A stretch of DNA of 64,000 nucleotides. Origin: Candidatus Zixiibacteriota bacterium. GTDB taxonomy: Bacteria; RBG-13-66-14; B26-G2; WVWN01. Positions 28,789 to 38,913 of this stretch are shown in pieces. Position 1 is the stretch's first letter; each line of letters begins with the position of its first letter. The notes under the pieces were generated by a model. The model saw only the letters and a program-made list of their open reading frames with translations, was not told the origin of the DNA and searched no databases. Where the stretch lies: the NCBI GenBank assembly GCA_050117845.1, contig JASFLY010000011.1, positions 1 to 64,000 of the forward strand. Reading direction: 5' to 3'. The position numbers were made by a program, and so were the translations under genes.

Positions 28789-29871
28789 TTAAAACATCAC
28801 CTGGAACTCGCTCGTGATACGGTCGTTGGTGATGGGGTACTCGTCCTCAAGGATACGGGTGTAATCGCTGCGGAACATGAGGTTGCGGTCCAGGAAGTGG
28901 AGGGCGAAGCCTGCGGTGTAGCGGTCCTCGGCGATATCGCCGCGTTCGAGGACGGCCGGCATCCAACGCTCGTATCGGGCGTACGGCATGAAGTCCTGGA
29001 AGTATTCCCAAGGGAGGGGGTGAGTGTAGGTCAAAGTTCCGAAGTAACCTTTATGGAAAGTATCTTTGTATCCGTAATAGGGTTCCCTCCTCGGGACGAG
29101 TTCGAACGGGTAATCATTTACGAAGCGTTGCATATATTCCGCGGCGAAAGTAACCCGCCAAGTCGAGAACGATAGATCGCCGCCGGCCCGTGGCTCCGGG
29201 GCGAAATACTCCTCGTTCACGATCGGATATTCGCCGTACCTTCTACGTTGGGTTTTGTGGTAATAGTACGAAGCGCCGAGTTCGAGTTGCCTCAAGCCAG
29301 GTACGGGGGCGCCGTATATCCGGCCGGCGCCGTCCATCAGAGGCGAAGTACCGTCGAAAACGCCTGCCGCGGCCCCTATTTTGTAAGGCCAAGCATCCCG
29401 TTCCAGTAAGTAATCGAAACGGACGCCGTCGTTTCGACCGGGTGCGATGGTGGAGGATGAGGCGGTTATATTAGCGCAAGTACGGAAGGCTTCGTTCGTC
29501 GTAGCCTCAGCGCCAAATGGGACAAAAACCCGGCCTATTTTCACGGAGAACCCGGCCGGTAACGCGGTGCCAATGGATACTTCGCGGACCGAGGATAATA
29601 GCTGACTGCGTACCGTTAGGTCGCACCTTAGGTCGTAATCCACCCGTTCGAATAACGTACCGTATATGCGGAACTCGGCCTCCGATATTGCGAACTCGCT
29701 GTGGTCCAAAGGCGTCGAAGAGCGGTATTCCCCCAGATAACGGTGGAAATGACCAACCTGTAATAGCCCACCGATATTGACCGAGACGTCGTCCGTGGGG
29801 ACGTTGACCTCGACGGCGAACGCGCCGGCCGCGCAAAGGGAAAGGATAATTAGAGATAGGATGAAGCGCAC
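28789..29871 (-). CDS. outer-membrane porin (OprO/OprP-like beta-barrel)
   Basis: Signal peptide; GRVFVPFG, GRNDG, amphipathic strands; C-terminal EFQVMF; GTG start after AAGGAGG. Confidence 0.75.
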   Translation of the reverse strand: MRFILSLIILSLCAAGAFAVEVNVPTDDVSVNIGGLLQVGHFHRYLGEYRSSTPLDHSEFAISEAEFRIYGTLFERVDYDLRCDLTVRSQLLSSVREVSIGTALPAGFSVKIGRVFVPFGAEATTNEAFRTCANITASSSTIAPGRNDGVRFDYLLERDAWPYKIGAAAGVFDGTSPLMDGAGRIYGAPVPGLRQLELGASYYYHKTQRRRYGEYPIVNEEYFAPEPRAGGDLSFSTWRVTFAAEYMQRFVNDYPFELVPRREPYYGYKDTFHKGYFGTLTYTHPLPWEYFQDFMPYARYERWMPAVLERGDIAEDRYTAGFALHFLDRNLMFRSDYTRILEDEYPITNDRITSEFQVMF

Positions 29872-29982
29872 GCTTCCCTCCTTGGTAAATATAGTGTTAT
29901 GAGCGCCATATTCCAATTAGTTGATAATACACTTTAATATCAAAACGGGGCCAAATCGCCTTATCCGCGACCCCGACTTTCC

Positions 29983-32490
29983 TTATTTACATACGATATT
30001 CAATATTTTATCCGGCACCAGGATCTTCTTCACTATCTCCTTACCCGTGAGGAAACGCGCAACGTTGGCGTCCGCCGCGGCGGCCTGGAACACATCTTCC
30101 TCGGCCGCGCCGGCCTCTACGTCTATTCGACCCCGCACTTTGCCGTTGACTTGGACGACGACGGTCACGAGGCTGAGAGCCACGGCCGACGCGTCGTAAT
30201 CCTCCCACTTTTCGCGGAAGATAGAGTCGTCGCGGCCGCTACGGCGCCAAAGCTCCTCGGCCATGTGGGGCGCGAAGGGCCCCAACATCTTTACCAAGTG
30301 ATATAACGCGTAACCGAAAACGGGCGCTTTGTGGTCCGGGAACGCGTAGAGCTGGTTCACGAAGTCCATTAAAAAGGCGATGCACGTATTGAAGTGCAGG
30401 CGCTCGAGGTCATCGGTCACGTGCTGGAGCGTGCGATGTGTCGCGGCGTACAATTCCCGCTCTTCCCCCGCGAGTTCCGACGCGTCGACCGCGCCGTCGA
30501 TTTTCCCGTCGTAACTCGAAACCAGGCGCCAGACACGGGCGAGCCAGCGGGCCGCGGCCCCCACGCCCTCGTCGGTCCATTCCATATCCTTGCCGGGAGG
30601 GCCGGCGAACGTGATGTAGAGCCGGGCGACGTCCGCGCCGTGCTCGGCGATGAAGGGGCCGGCGGGTACGGCGTTGCCTTTGGATTTGGACATTACTTCC
30701 ATCGCGATGGAACCGGCGGCCTTTTCGACGCGAGCCTTTACCATGCCCTGGTTGAAGAGGGCAGGGAAGGGTTCGCCGTCGCGCACCAGGTCCTGGTCGG
30801 CCAGGAACTTCTGGAAGAACCTGGCGTATAGGAGGTGGCTCACGGCGTGTTCGTCGCCGCCGATGTACTGGTCGACGGGCATCCAGAGGTTGACGCGCGC
30901 GGGGTCCCAGGGCGCCTGCTCGTTGCGGGCGTCGCAGTAGCGCAGGAAGTACCAGCTGGAGTCGACGTACGTATCCATGGTATCGGCGTCGCGCTCGGCG
31001 GGGCCGCCGCAACGCGGGCACGTCGTCCGGATGAACTCGGCGCAACTCGCCAGGGGCGAGCGTTCCGCCGGCGTGAAGTCCACCTTGTCCTCGGGCGGCA
31101 GGAGGACCGGCAGGTCGTCGTACGGAACGGGAACCTCGCCGCAGTTCTCGCAATGGATTACGGGGATGGGGGCGCCCCAGTAGCGCTGGCGGCTGATGAG
31201 CCAGTCGTGTAGGTGGTAGTTCACGGCGGGCGTGCCCCAGCCTTCGGCCGGGCCGACCTCTTCGAGGCGGGCGATGCCCTCCTCGGAGCCGAGGCCGGAG
31301 TAGGGGCCGGAGTTCTCCATCACTCCGTAGTCCTCGAACGCCTCCTCCATCTCGGCCTCTGTTGCCAAAGCCCCGTCCGTGGGCCGGATGACGGGGACTA
31401 TCGGGATGCCGTATTTCCGGGCGAACATGAAGTCGCGCTGGTCGTGGCCCGGGACCGCCATCACGGCGCCCTCGCCGTAGCTTATCAGAACGTAGTCCGC
31501 CACCCAGATGGGAATCTCCTCGCCGGTGAGGGGATTGCGGGCGTAGCGGCCCGTGAAGACGCCGTTCTTCTCCGTGGCGACGGAGGTCCGGTCTATCTCC
31601 TGGGTGTTGATGGCGTTACGGCGGAAGGCTTCGACTTCCTTCCGATTGGGAAGGCCGGCCACCAGCTCGTCGACCGCCGGGTGCTCGGGGGCGAGGGCCA
31701 TAAAGGTTGCGCCGAAAAGCGTGTCGGCCCGGGTGGTAAAGACGTAGAAATGAGCGTCCTGTTCGCCGACGATGGGGAAGCGGACCGTCATGCCGCGGCT
31801 CCGGCCTATCCAGTTTTTCTGTAGCGTCAATACGTGACGGGGCCAGTTCTCCTCGATGAGGGCGAGGTCGTCCAGGAGGCGGTCGGCGTAGGCCGTAATC
31901 TTGAAGTACCATTGATTCAGGTGCCGCCGTTCCACGTCGGCGCCACAACGGTAGCACGCGCCGTCGACTACCTGCTCGTTGGCGAGGACCGTTTTACAGC
32001 CGGGGCAGAAGTTCGTGGGCCCCGAGGCCCGGTAGGCCAGGCCGGCCTCGTAGAGTTTGAGGAAGAGCCACTGGGTCCATTTATAGTAATCGGGCCGGTA
32101 CGCCGCCACTTCCCGGCGCCAGTCGTAACCGACGCCGGCGAGGCGTAGCGTTTCGGCCGACGTGGCTATATTCCCCGCGGTCCACTTCGCCGGGGAGAGG
32201 CCGCGTTGAATGGCGGCGTTCTCGGCCGGAAGGCCGAAGCTGTCCCATCCGATGGGGTGAAGGACCTCGAAACCGCGCATCAACTTGTACCGGGCGAGGA
32301 CGTCGCCGATGAAGTAGTTTTTCATGTGGCCGACGTGCAGGTCGCCCGAAGGGTAGGGGAACATCTCGAGGAGGTAGAACTTCGGCTTGCCGGTATCCTC
32401 GTTCGCTTCGAAGAGGCCGGCGTCGGCCCAGTATTTTTGCCAACGGGCTTCGATTGCGGGGGCGTCGTATTCGTCGGAGGGCTGGGACAT
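29983..32490 (-). CDS. leuS: leucine--tRNA ligase
   Basis: [20 protein letters not shown] editing domain, [29 protein letters not shown]. Confidence 0.97.
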   Translation of the reverse strand: MSQPSDEYDAPAIEARWQKYWADAGLFEANEDTGKPKFYLLEMFPYPSGDLHVGHMKNYFIGDVLARYKLMRGFEVLHPIGWDSFGLPAENAAIQRGLSPAKWTAGNIATSAETLRLAGVGYDWRREVAAYRPDYYKWTQWLFLKLYEAGLAYRASGPTNFCPGCKTVLANEQVVDGACYRCGADVERRHLNQWYFKITAYADRLLDDLALIEENWPRHVLTLQKNWIGRSRGMTVRFPIVGEQDAHFYVFTTRADTLFGATFMALAPEHPAVDELVAGLPNRKEVEAFRRNAINTQEIDRTSVATEKNGVFTGRYARNPLTGEEIPIWVADYVLISYGEGAVMAVPGHDQRDFMFARKYGIPIVPVIRPTDGALATEAEMEEAFEDYGVMENSGPYSGLGSEEGIARLEEVGPAEGWGTPAVNYHLHDWLISRQRYWGAPIPVIHCENCGEVPVPYDDLPVLLPPEDKVDFTPAERSPLASCAEFIRTTCPRCGGPAERDADTMDTYVDSSWYFLRYCDARNEQAPWDPARVNLWMPVDQYIGGDEHAVSHLLYARFFQKFLADQDLVRDGEPFPALFNQGMVKARVEKAAGSIAMEVMSKSKGNAVPAGPFIAEHGADVARLYITFAGPPGKDMEWTDEGVGAAARWLARVWRLVSSYDGKIDGAVDASELAGEERELYAATHRTLQHVTDDLERLHFNTCIAFLMDFVNQLYAFPDHKAPVFGYALYHLVKMLGPFAPHMAEELWRRSGRDDSIFREKWEDYDASAVALSLVTVVVQVNGKVRGRIDVEAGAAEEDVFQAAAADANVARFLTGKEIVKKILVPDKILNIVCK

Positions 32491-32519
32491 GGTTACGTCA
32501 CCTCGATAAACTCAGTTAT

Positions 32520-32542
32520 AAAAACGGCGGGCCGGGGCCCGC
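32520..32542 (-). terminator. attenuator terminator upstream of leuS
   Basis: Minus strand GCGGGC-cccg-GCCCGC-CG-TTTTT between the leader peptide and the leuS RBS. Confidence 0.7.
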
Positions 32543-32577
32543 TTCAGCTTCGTACGCAGTTCACCGCCGGCGGACGC

Positions 32578-32628
32578 TTACGCCTCCAAACCAAGTAGAG
32601 CGAGCCGGCGGTTATTGTCGCTTTTCAT
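32578..32628 (-). CDS. putative leuS leader (attenuator) peptide MKSDNNRRLALLGLEA
   Basis: Four Leu codons (CTC, CTA, CTT, TTG) within six codons; ATG 8 nt after the -10 box; followed by alternative hairpins and a terminator. Confidence 0.7.
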   Translation of the reverse strand: MKSDNNRRLALLGLEA

Positions 32629-32636
32629 GATGCGCG

Positions 32637-32665
32637 TTTATAACACAAAAGCTTGACCGCGTCAA
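32637..32665 (-). promoter_or_regulatory. sigma70 promoter for the leuS leader
   Basis: TTGACG-N17-TATAAA with extended -10 TG. Confidence 0.7.
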
Positions 32666-32667
32666 CG

Positions 32668-33786
32668 TTAAATCAGAGCCGCGAAGACCTCGTCCGCGAG
32701 ATAGAGGCCCCGGCGCGTCAGGCGCACGTTGTCGCCGGCGACGGCTATCAGGCCGGCGGCGACGTATTTGGCGAATATATCCTTGTAATATAGTTTCGGG
32801 TTGACGCCTGTGGCCCGCTCGAAAGCGGCGGCGTCGATCCCGGCGGCGAGGCGCAGGCCGAGTACGGCGGCGGTCCGCATTTCTCGGTAGGGGTCGGACG
32901 GTTCGGCGTCGACCAGCGGCCACCGGCCCACGGCCGCGCGGACGCAGTACTCGTCGAGGTCGGGAGGGTTGCGGTAACGGCCGCGGCCGAAGTGGCTCGC
33001 GGCCGCGGGGCCGAAGCCGAGGTATTCCCCGTCACGCCAATACTTAATATTATGGCGGCATTCGCGGCCCGGCCGGGCGAAATTAGACGTCTCGTAAAGG
33101 GCGTACCCGGCGGCGCCGAACGTGTCTACGGCGGCGTAATACATGTCGGCCTGTTCGTCGTCGTCCGGGAAATAGTACAGATAGCGGGTGCGCGAAAGTT
33201 CGGACGTGGGGGGCAACGTCAATCCGTACGCGGACAGGTGTTCGGGTCCCAGGGCGAGCGCCCGTTCCAGGTCCTGCTTCCAGCCGGCGAGAGGCCGGCC
33301 GGGAAGGCCGTACATCAAATCGAGCGAGACGTTGTCGAAGCCCGCGGCCCGGGCGCGCCAGTAGGCGTCCTCGGCTCCCCGGGCGTCGTGGCGCCGGCCG
33401 AGGACGGCTAACGTTTTATCGTCGAAGCTTTGAGCGCCGAGCGAAAGGCGGGTGACGCCCGCCGCCAGGAGGGTGTCCAGCATCTCGGCCGTAAGAGATT
33501 CCGGATTGGCCTCGCACGTGAACTCCGCATCCGGCGCCAACTCGAAAGACGTAGCGAGGTGTTCTATTATTCCCATCAAGCGCCGCGCCCCGATGATGGG
33601 GGGTGTGCCTCCGCCGAGGTACACCGTATCGACGCGGCCGCCGGCCTGGTCCGCAGCGGCCTCGAGTTCTTTTTTGAGCGCCACGGCGTAGCGGGCCGCA
33701 CGCGTCTCGTCCATGGCGTCCGCCGCGAAATCGCAGAACCGGCAACGGCTGACGCAGAAGGGTACATGTACGTATATACCGAGCAT
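32668..33786 (-). CDS. hemW: radical SAM heme chaperone HemW (HemN-like)
   Basis: YVHVPFCVSRCRFCDF, GGGTP, EANP, DLMYGLP, YETSNF, HNIKYW. Confidence 0.9.
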   Translation of the reverse strand: MLGIYVHVPFCVSRCRFCDFAADAMDETRAARYAVALKKELEAAADQAGGRVDTVYLGGGTPPIIGARRLMGIIEHLATSFELAPDAEFTCEANPESLTAEMLDTLLAAGVTRLSLGAQSFDDKTLAVLGRRHDARGAEDAYWRARAAGFDNVSLDLMYGLPGRPLAGWKQDLERALALGPEHLSAYGLTLPPTSELSRTRYLYYFPDDDEQADMYYAAVDTFGAAGYALYETSNFARPGRECRHNIKYWRDGEYLGFGPAAASHFGRGRYRNPPDLDEYCVRAAVGRWPLVDAEPSDPYREMRTAAVLGLRLAAGIDAAAFERATGVNPKLYYKDIFAKYVAAGLIAVAGDNVRLTRRGLYLADEVFAALI

Positions 33787-33796
33787 GAAAAAGGGC

Positions 33797-33822
33797 AAAA
33801 AAAAAGGGCGGCCGGGCCGCCC
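33797..33822 (-). terminator. intrinsic terminator after the lipoprotein
   Basis: Minus strand GGGCGGC-ccg-GCCGCCC followed by T9. Confidence 0.75.
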
Positions 33823-33837
33823 GGGGAAATTCGTTTT

Positions 33838-34413
33838 TTATGTATTAGTGTTATCCCACCAACCTGTAAGCCGCCAACGGTACTCGCCGTTGTTGTTTTT
33901 ATATTGCTCGAATTCGAAATCGCAGAAACCCTGGTTGGCGATATAGCCGTTCAGTTCATCGACCATGACGAGCAAGCTGATCGTTACGTTTTCGGCGCGG
34001 TAGGTCGTAGCGCCCTCCTCCGGTTCGCCTATGCTACCTGTGGGGATAGCGAGGTCGATGCTGTAAGCGAGCTGGAACATCCTATCAGTCGCTTGCCAGT
34101 CTTCGGTGTAGGTCCAGGATTCCGGAATGACGTAAGTACTACCGCCTGGCGGGTTCTGGCCGACGTCGGCGGGATTGAAATAGAAGACGAAATTGGAACT
34201 CATGGCCGCTTTGTAGAGGTCGATGTTCCTCTGATTGTAGGCTACGCTGATATTCGTAATGACCGCAGCCGGGCTGGTCATTTCGACCGGTTCTTGTTCG
34301 GGCACGTCGGGCGGGGCTCCGAACAAGCACCCCGAAAAGGCTATGCCGGCCAACGCGACGGCGCCGAAAATTGCCGTGTAGCGGATTATTAACCGTTTAT
34401 TGATGGTACGCAT
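33838..34413 (-). CDS. hypothetical lipoprotein (possibly NTF2-like fold)
   Basis: Lipobox FSGC; GAGGT RBS; own promoter and terminator. Confidence 0.75.
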   Translation of the reverse strand: MRTINKRLIIRYTAIFGAVALAGIAFSGCLFGAPPDVPEQEPVEMTSPAAVITNISVAYNQRNIDLYKAAMSSNFVFYFNPADVGQNPPGGSTYVIPESWTYTEDWQATDRMFQLAYSIDLAIPTGSIGEPEEGATTYRAENVTISLLVMVDELNGYIANQGFCDFEFEQYKNNNGEYRWRLTGWWDNTNT

Positions 34414-34450
34414 ATTTTTTACCTCACGATTGGCTTTGGTTATCGGGTCA

Positions 34451-34479
34451 ATTATATTTCAAAAACCGCGTAAAGTCAA
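34451..34479 (-). promoter_or_regulatory. sigma70 promoter
   Basis: TTGACT-N17-TATAAT. Confidence 0.8.
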
Positions 34480-34592
34480 TACCGTACGGAGGTATAAGTA
34501 ACTTCGAAGCGGGGGCCGTTACGCTTTCCGGCCTCTCGCCGGAGCAGCTTGCTGCCCGAACGCGACTTTCGTAATTAACGGCTGGAAAGGGG

Positions 34593-36536
34593 TTAGAAAG
34601 TATAATTCAGGCCGGCATCGAAGTCGAAATAGGATTCGCCGGGGTCTTCTTTCGACCGGCGTATTCGATCCCGAATATTATAGTTATGGGAGTTGTTGGC
34701 GGTGGCCGATAGAGTCAAACTGCCCGAGATGCTGTAGGCGATCCCGGCGCCGGCGGAAAATCCCCGCCGAAGCAACCATTCTTCCGGCCGGGACTCGGTG
34801 TTTTTGGTGGGTTCGGTAACCTCTTCCGAGAACCCGGCGTTAAGGTTGAAGCGGAGTTGGGGAGACGTACTGATTTCGGCAGAGGGGTTAACCGAGTAAC
34901 CCAAGCGCCGGAGGTTGGAACGCGGGCTGGCCGGGTGATAATCTTTCCCGTAGTTTAAATCGATGCTAACCTGGGGTTTGAAGATGTCGCCGAAGTCACG
35001 CGATAATTTCGTCGAAAAAGTCCGGTTGATATTGGCCGTGGACGAATTCAACGAGAGGGGGTTTATATAATCCAGGCTCCTTTTACTGATCGCGGTATCG
35101 ATAGTGAGTTGCGTCCTTCGCGTTACGTCATAAATGAAGTGTGTACTCAGGGCGATATTCAAGCTGTCGCGATCCGAGTTTTCAGCGACCGAGTCGTCCG
35201 CGTAGCGGTATTTGGTAATTCCCATGGAAGTGTCGACGGTAACTTCGAGGTCGTCCGTCCACTTGAAGCCGATGTTGCTGTCGAGGTTGTTAAGGCCCGT
35301 CGTCTGGTCGTTCTCGGGGAAGACGATGTTATGCGGCCGGCTTTCTTTGAGGTAGTGGTAGAGCTGGAACGTTATCTTTTGCCCCAGGGCCACGCGGACG
35401 TTGGAACTGAGAGTCGTGCTTTCGGAAGTGGTGCACGCGGAGGCCGCGTTGACGTCTTCTTCAGACGGGAGGTTTCCGTCTGCGTCCTCCAGGATATTCT
35501 CGGCTTCCTCGTAGGTGAAGGCCACTTTAATTTCGGATCGTTCGCTCGGGTTAAGGGTGGCCGTCGTGACGTTCGAAAAACTTGCGTCTTTGACGTCGTA
35601 TAAATTTTCCGAGAACTCTTTAAGATAGAGGTCTTTATTCTTATAATCCTGGAAGCCGCGGCTGACGTAGGAGCTGTTGTTCAAACCTACTATGGTTAAC
35701 GGACGGTAGTTAATTTCGGCGTTGGCGGAGCCGTTCAGCGAATCGTTGTCCAGCGATGGTTGGAGGCGGTCCCGCGATATGCTATCGGAAGCGTTGCCGC
35801 CGATACGGAACGTAACGTTCTCCGTCACGTCTTTATCCGACGAGAACGTCGTGCTTATCGTATTACTGATATCGCGGGAATCGGCCAGTTTCTCCGGGCG
35901 GGGCGGCCAGGTTTCGGTGCGATTGAGGTCGATTTCCTGTTCACTTATCGACCCGGAATAATCGACGCTGACGTTGGTCGACGACGTAACGTTATAGTCC
36001 AGGCCGCCGCCGAAGGTATGGGTGAGGCTCGAGGTCGGCGGAGGCACCTCGGTCTCGATGATGATTACTTCCTGGGACGATTCCGCGATGGATAGGGTGA
36101 GGTCGGCCTTGAGGTCACCCGTGAATTCGTAATCCAACGTAGAAGTCAAGCTATTGGTGGAACTTTCGGTTTTAAATTCGTCGTAGCTAATGCTGTACGG
36201 GCGGTGTACGAGTTGGTAGTTGTTATTGTACCCGATCGCCAACCGCCAGGGAGAAGGCGGGTCGTACGTAAAGCCCAAGCCGATATTCCGAGTTCGCGCC
36301 GTCTTGTTGTCCTCGGTATTGTGGCCGTTGATGAGCGTCGTCGACGTCGCGAAATCGAGGTTGTCCGTAAGGGGAACGGTGTAGGATACGCCGGTGTTGG
36401 CGTTCCGGGAACCGCTCGTGGAGTCGAATCCGAGGTCGAAGGTCTTGGTGGATTCGGACTCTTCCTGAGCCGCGGCCGGAAGGGCGACCAGAACGGCGGC
36501 GGTTACTACGGCGACGTATTTATATAGATATTTCAT
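34593..36536 (-). CDS. large hypothetical outer-membrane beta-barrel protein
   Basis: Signal peptide (AAA-Q); Ser/Thr/Asn-rich alternating strands; C-terminal GLNYTF; overlaps deoB by 17 nt. Confidence 0.75.
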   Translation of the reverse strand: MKYLYKYVAVVTAAVLVALPAAAQEESESTKTFDLGFDSTSGSRNANTGVSYTVPLTDNLDFATSTTLINGHNTEDNKTARTRNIGLGFTYDPPSPWRLAIGYNNNYQLVHRPYSISYDEFKTESSTNSLTSTLDYEFTGDLKADLTLSIAESSQEVIIIETEVPPPTSSLTHTFGGGLDYNVTSSTNVSVDYSGSISEQEIDLNRTETWPPRPEKLADSRDISNTISTTFSSDKDVTENVTFRIGGNASDSISRDRLQPSLDNDSLNGSANAEINYRPLTIVGLNNSSYVSRGFQDYKNKDLYLKEFSENLYDVKDASFSNVTTATLNPSERSEIKVAFTYEEAENILEDADGNLPSEEDVNAASACTTSESTTLSSNVRVALGQKITFQLYHYLKESRPHNIVFPENDQTTGLNNLDSNIGFKWTDDLEVTVDTSMGITKYRYADDSVAENSDRDSLNIALSTHFIYDVTRRTQLTIDTAISKRSLDYINPLSLNSSTANINRTFSTKLSRDFGDIFKPQVSIDLNYGKDYHPASPRSNLRRLGYSVNPSAEISTSPQLRFNLNAGFSEEVTEPTKNTESRPEEWLLRRGFSAGAGIAYSISGSLTLSATANNSHNYNIRDRIRRSKEDPGESYFDFDAGLNYTF

Positions 36537-37713
36537 TTAGGAATGACGCGCCGGCGATCAGCGGGCCGACGGAGAAATTACGGGCGATAGTCTGGCCGAC
36601 GTCGGCCAGCGTTTCTCGGGTGCCGAGCGGTATATTGCGGTCGAGCCGCGGGTGCCACGCCAGGACGGGCGTATATTCGCGGCTGTGATCCGTACTCGGC
36701 GTTGTCGGGTCGTTACCGTGGTCCGATACGATTAGTAACAAATCCCGCGGATTCATCTCACTTTCAACGGCGGGTAGGGCGGCGTCGAATTCGACCAGGG
36801 CCCGGGCGTAACCTTCGGCGTCGTTGCGGTGGCCGAATACCGTGTCCGTATCGTTCAAGTTGGCGAAAAGCAAACCCTCGAAGCCGCTTCGGAGTTCCGT
36901 TTTTATCAATTCGATTCCGGCCGCGTTGTTCTTTATATGCCGGCATTCGCTGAAACCGCGCCCCGCGAAAATATCGTCCACTTTGCCGACGCCGTGGACC
37001 TCCAGGCCGGCGTCGATCATCATGTCGAGTAGCGTCGGCGCCGGGGGCGGCCGGGAGAAGTCGCGTCGGGCGTCGTGCAGGCGGTAGTAATTTCCGGCGT
37101 CGCCCGCGAACGGCCTCACTATTACCCGGGCGACGTCGTATGGCCCGGCCATGATTTCCCGGGCGTGTTCACCCGCCTCGTATAACTCGTCGAGCGGTAT
37201 TACGTCCACGTGGGCGGCGAGCTGGCATACGCTGTCCGCCGACGTATATAATATAAGAGAGCCGGTCCGTACGTGTTCGTCGCCCAGTTCCTCGATAATC
37301 GTCGTACCCGAGGAAGGCCGGTTCCCGAGGCATCGCCTTCCGGCAACCGTTTCCAGGCGCCGCACGGCTTCTTCCGGGAAACCGTCCGGGAAGAGGGGGA
37401 AGCTTTCCGGCAATACGACGCCGGCGAGTTCCCAGTGGCCGCTGGTCGAATCCTTCCCTGCGGCCGTCATCCGCAGTCGGCCGTACGCCCCTTCGATCTT
37501 CCCAGCCTCGGGACTTCCGGCCAGGGGCGTCAACATTCCCAGGCCGCGGCGGGCGAGATTCGGCAGTTCCAAGCCCCCCACGTACCGGGCCAGGTTGCCC
37601 AGGCTATCCGACCCCTCGTCGCCGTAGGCCGCGGCGTCGGGCAGTTCGCCTATCCCCACGCCGTCGAGGATTATAACAACAACCCGGTCGAACGGTCTAT
37701 GCGTCGTTTCCAT
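36520..37713 (-). CDS. deoB: phosphopentomutase
   Basis: LDGVGIG, GKDSTSGHWE, YTSADSV, GHRND, DHGNDP, HSRE. Confidence 0.95.
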   Translation of the reverse strand: METTHRPFDRVVVIILDGVGIGELPDAAAYGDEGSDSLGNLARYVGGLELPNLARRGLGMLTPLAGSPEAGKIEGAYGRLRMTAAGKDSTSGHWELAGVVLPESFPLFPDGFPEEAVRRLETVAGRRCLGNRPSSGTTIIEELGDEHVRTGSLILYTSADSVCQLAAHVDVIPLDELYEAGEHAREIMAGPYDVARVIVRPFAGDAGNYYRLHDARRDFSRPPPAPTLLDMMIDAGLEVHGVGKVDDIFAGRGFSECRHIKNNAAGIELIKTELRSGFEGLLFANLNDTDTVFGHRNDAEGYARALVEFDAALPAVESEMNPRDLLLIVSDHGNDPTTPSTDHSREYTPVLAWHPRLDRNIPLGTRETLADVGQTIARNFSVGPLIAGASFLNEISI

Positions 37714-38740
37714 CCCTCAGCGCGGCCAGCGCGTTTCCGAAGGGCGGCCGGGCCACGCCGGCCTCGGTTATTATCGCGTCGACCAGCCGGCCGGGTGTAA
37801 CGTCGAACGCCGGGTTGGACACGTCCACGCCGACCGGCGCCGTACGCACGCCGCCGAGTTCGGTGACCTCCTCCGGCCGCCGCTCTTCTATGGGGATGTC
37901 CCGGCCCGAGGCCGTATCGAAGTCGACGGTCGAGAGGGGCGCGGCGACGTAGAACGGGACCAGGAATCGCCGAGCCAATATCGCGACGTTCATCGTACCT
38001 ATTTTATTGGCCACGTCGCCGCCCGCCGCGATGCGGTCGGCGCCGACGATGACGGCGTCCACCTTACCCGCGGCCATTACCGAAGCCGCCATATCGTCGC
38101 AGATAAGCGTCGTCGGGACGCCGGCCTGCGTTAGCTCCCACGCCGTGAGGCGGGCGCCCTGCAGAAGGGGGCGCGTCTCGTCGGCGTAGACGGATATTTT
38201 TTTACCGGCCTCTACCGCGGCGTAGATGACGCCGAGGGCGGTGCCGTAATCGACGGTAGCGAGCGCGCCGGCGTTGCAGTGCGTCAACACCGTGTCTCCA
38301 TCCCGTAAGAGCTCCGCCCCGAAGGCCCCCATACGGCGGTTGGCCCGACGGTCCTCGTCTTCGATGGCCCGGGCTTCGCGGTCGAGCGCGGTGAGTAGCT
38401 CCTCGGCGGAAGCCGCTTCCTCGGCGACGGCCGCCATACGCCGAACGGCCCAGGACAGGTTAACGGCCGTAGGCCGGGCCGACTCCAGATAGTCCGCGGC
38501 GGCGTTTACGCGCTCGCGGATTTCGCCGACGGAGCCGTCCCCGGAGCGGCCGGCGATGAGTACGCCGTAGGCCGCGGCAACGCCGATGGCCGGGGCGCCG
38601 CGGACGGCGAGACGCTTTATCGCGTCGTAGACGTCCTCGACCCGCTCGCATTTTATTATCGAAAGCTCGCCGGGCAGGAGCGTCTGTTCGATGAGTTCCA
38701 GCGTGTCGCCGGTCCATTTCAACGTGGGGAGTCGCATCAT
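37697..38740 (-). CDS. mtnA: S-methyl-5-thioribose-1-phosphate isomerase (eIF2B-like)
   Basis: VRGAPAIG, RPTAVNL, THCNAGALAT, DETRPLLQGARLT, GADRI, NKIGT, NPAFDVTP. Confidence 0.93.
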   Translation of the reverse strand: MMRLPTLKWTGDTLELIEQTLLPGELSIIKCERVEDVYDAIKRLAVRGAPAIGVAAAYGVLIAGRSGDGSVGEIRERVNAAADYLESARPTAVNLSWAVRRMAAVAEEAASAEELLTALDREARAIEDEDRRANRRMGAFGAELLRDGDTVLTHCNAGALATVDYGTALGVIYAAVEAGKKISVYADETRPLLQGARLTAWELTQAGVPTTLICDDMAASVMAAGKVDAVIVGADRIAAGGDVANKIGTMNVAILARRFLVPFYVAAPLSTVDFDTASGRDIPIEERRPEEVTELGGVRTAPVGVDVSNPAFDVTPGRLVDAIITEAGVARPPFGNALAALRDGNDA

Positions 38741-38765
38741 TTAACGGCCCTTCATTTAATCCCCG

Positions 38766-38842
38766 ATTCTATTTTAAAGAACAGCTTAAGTCAAGGATTA
38801 ACGGTTTAGCGCCTTGCGCCGGGCGGTTTAATATGGTAAATT
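38766..38842. promoter_or_regulatory. divergent sigma70 promoters
   Basis: Minus strand TTGACT-N17-TAGAAT (38794-38766); plus strand TTGCGC-N17-TAAATT (38814-38842). Confidence 0.6.
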
Positions 38843-38913
38843 CCCGCGCGTTGTTTTAACCCGTTTCCGGCCCGGGATTCCAGCCGAGGCCTTCCGTTAC
38901 TAAAGGAACGCGA

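Noticed and set aside
30678..30698. LeuRS VMSKS instead of KMSKS
   Set aside because: Known natural variant in bacterial LeuRS; the second, catalytic Lys is present.
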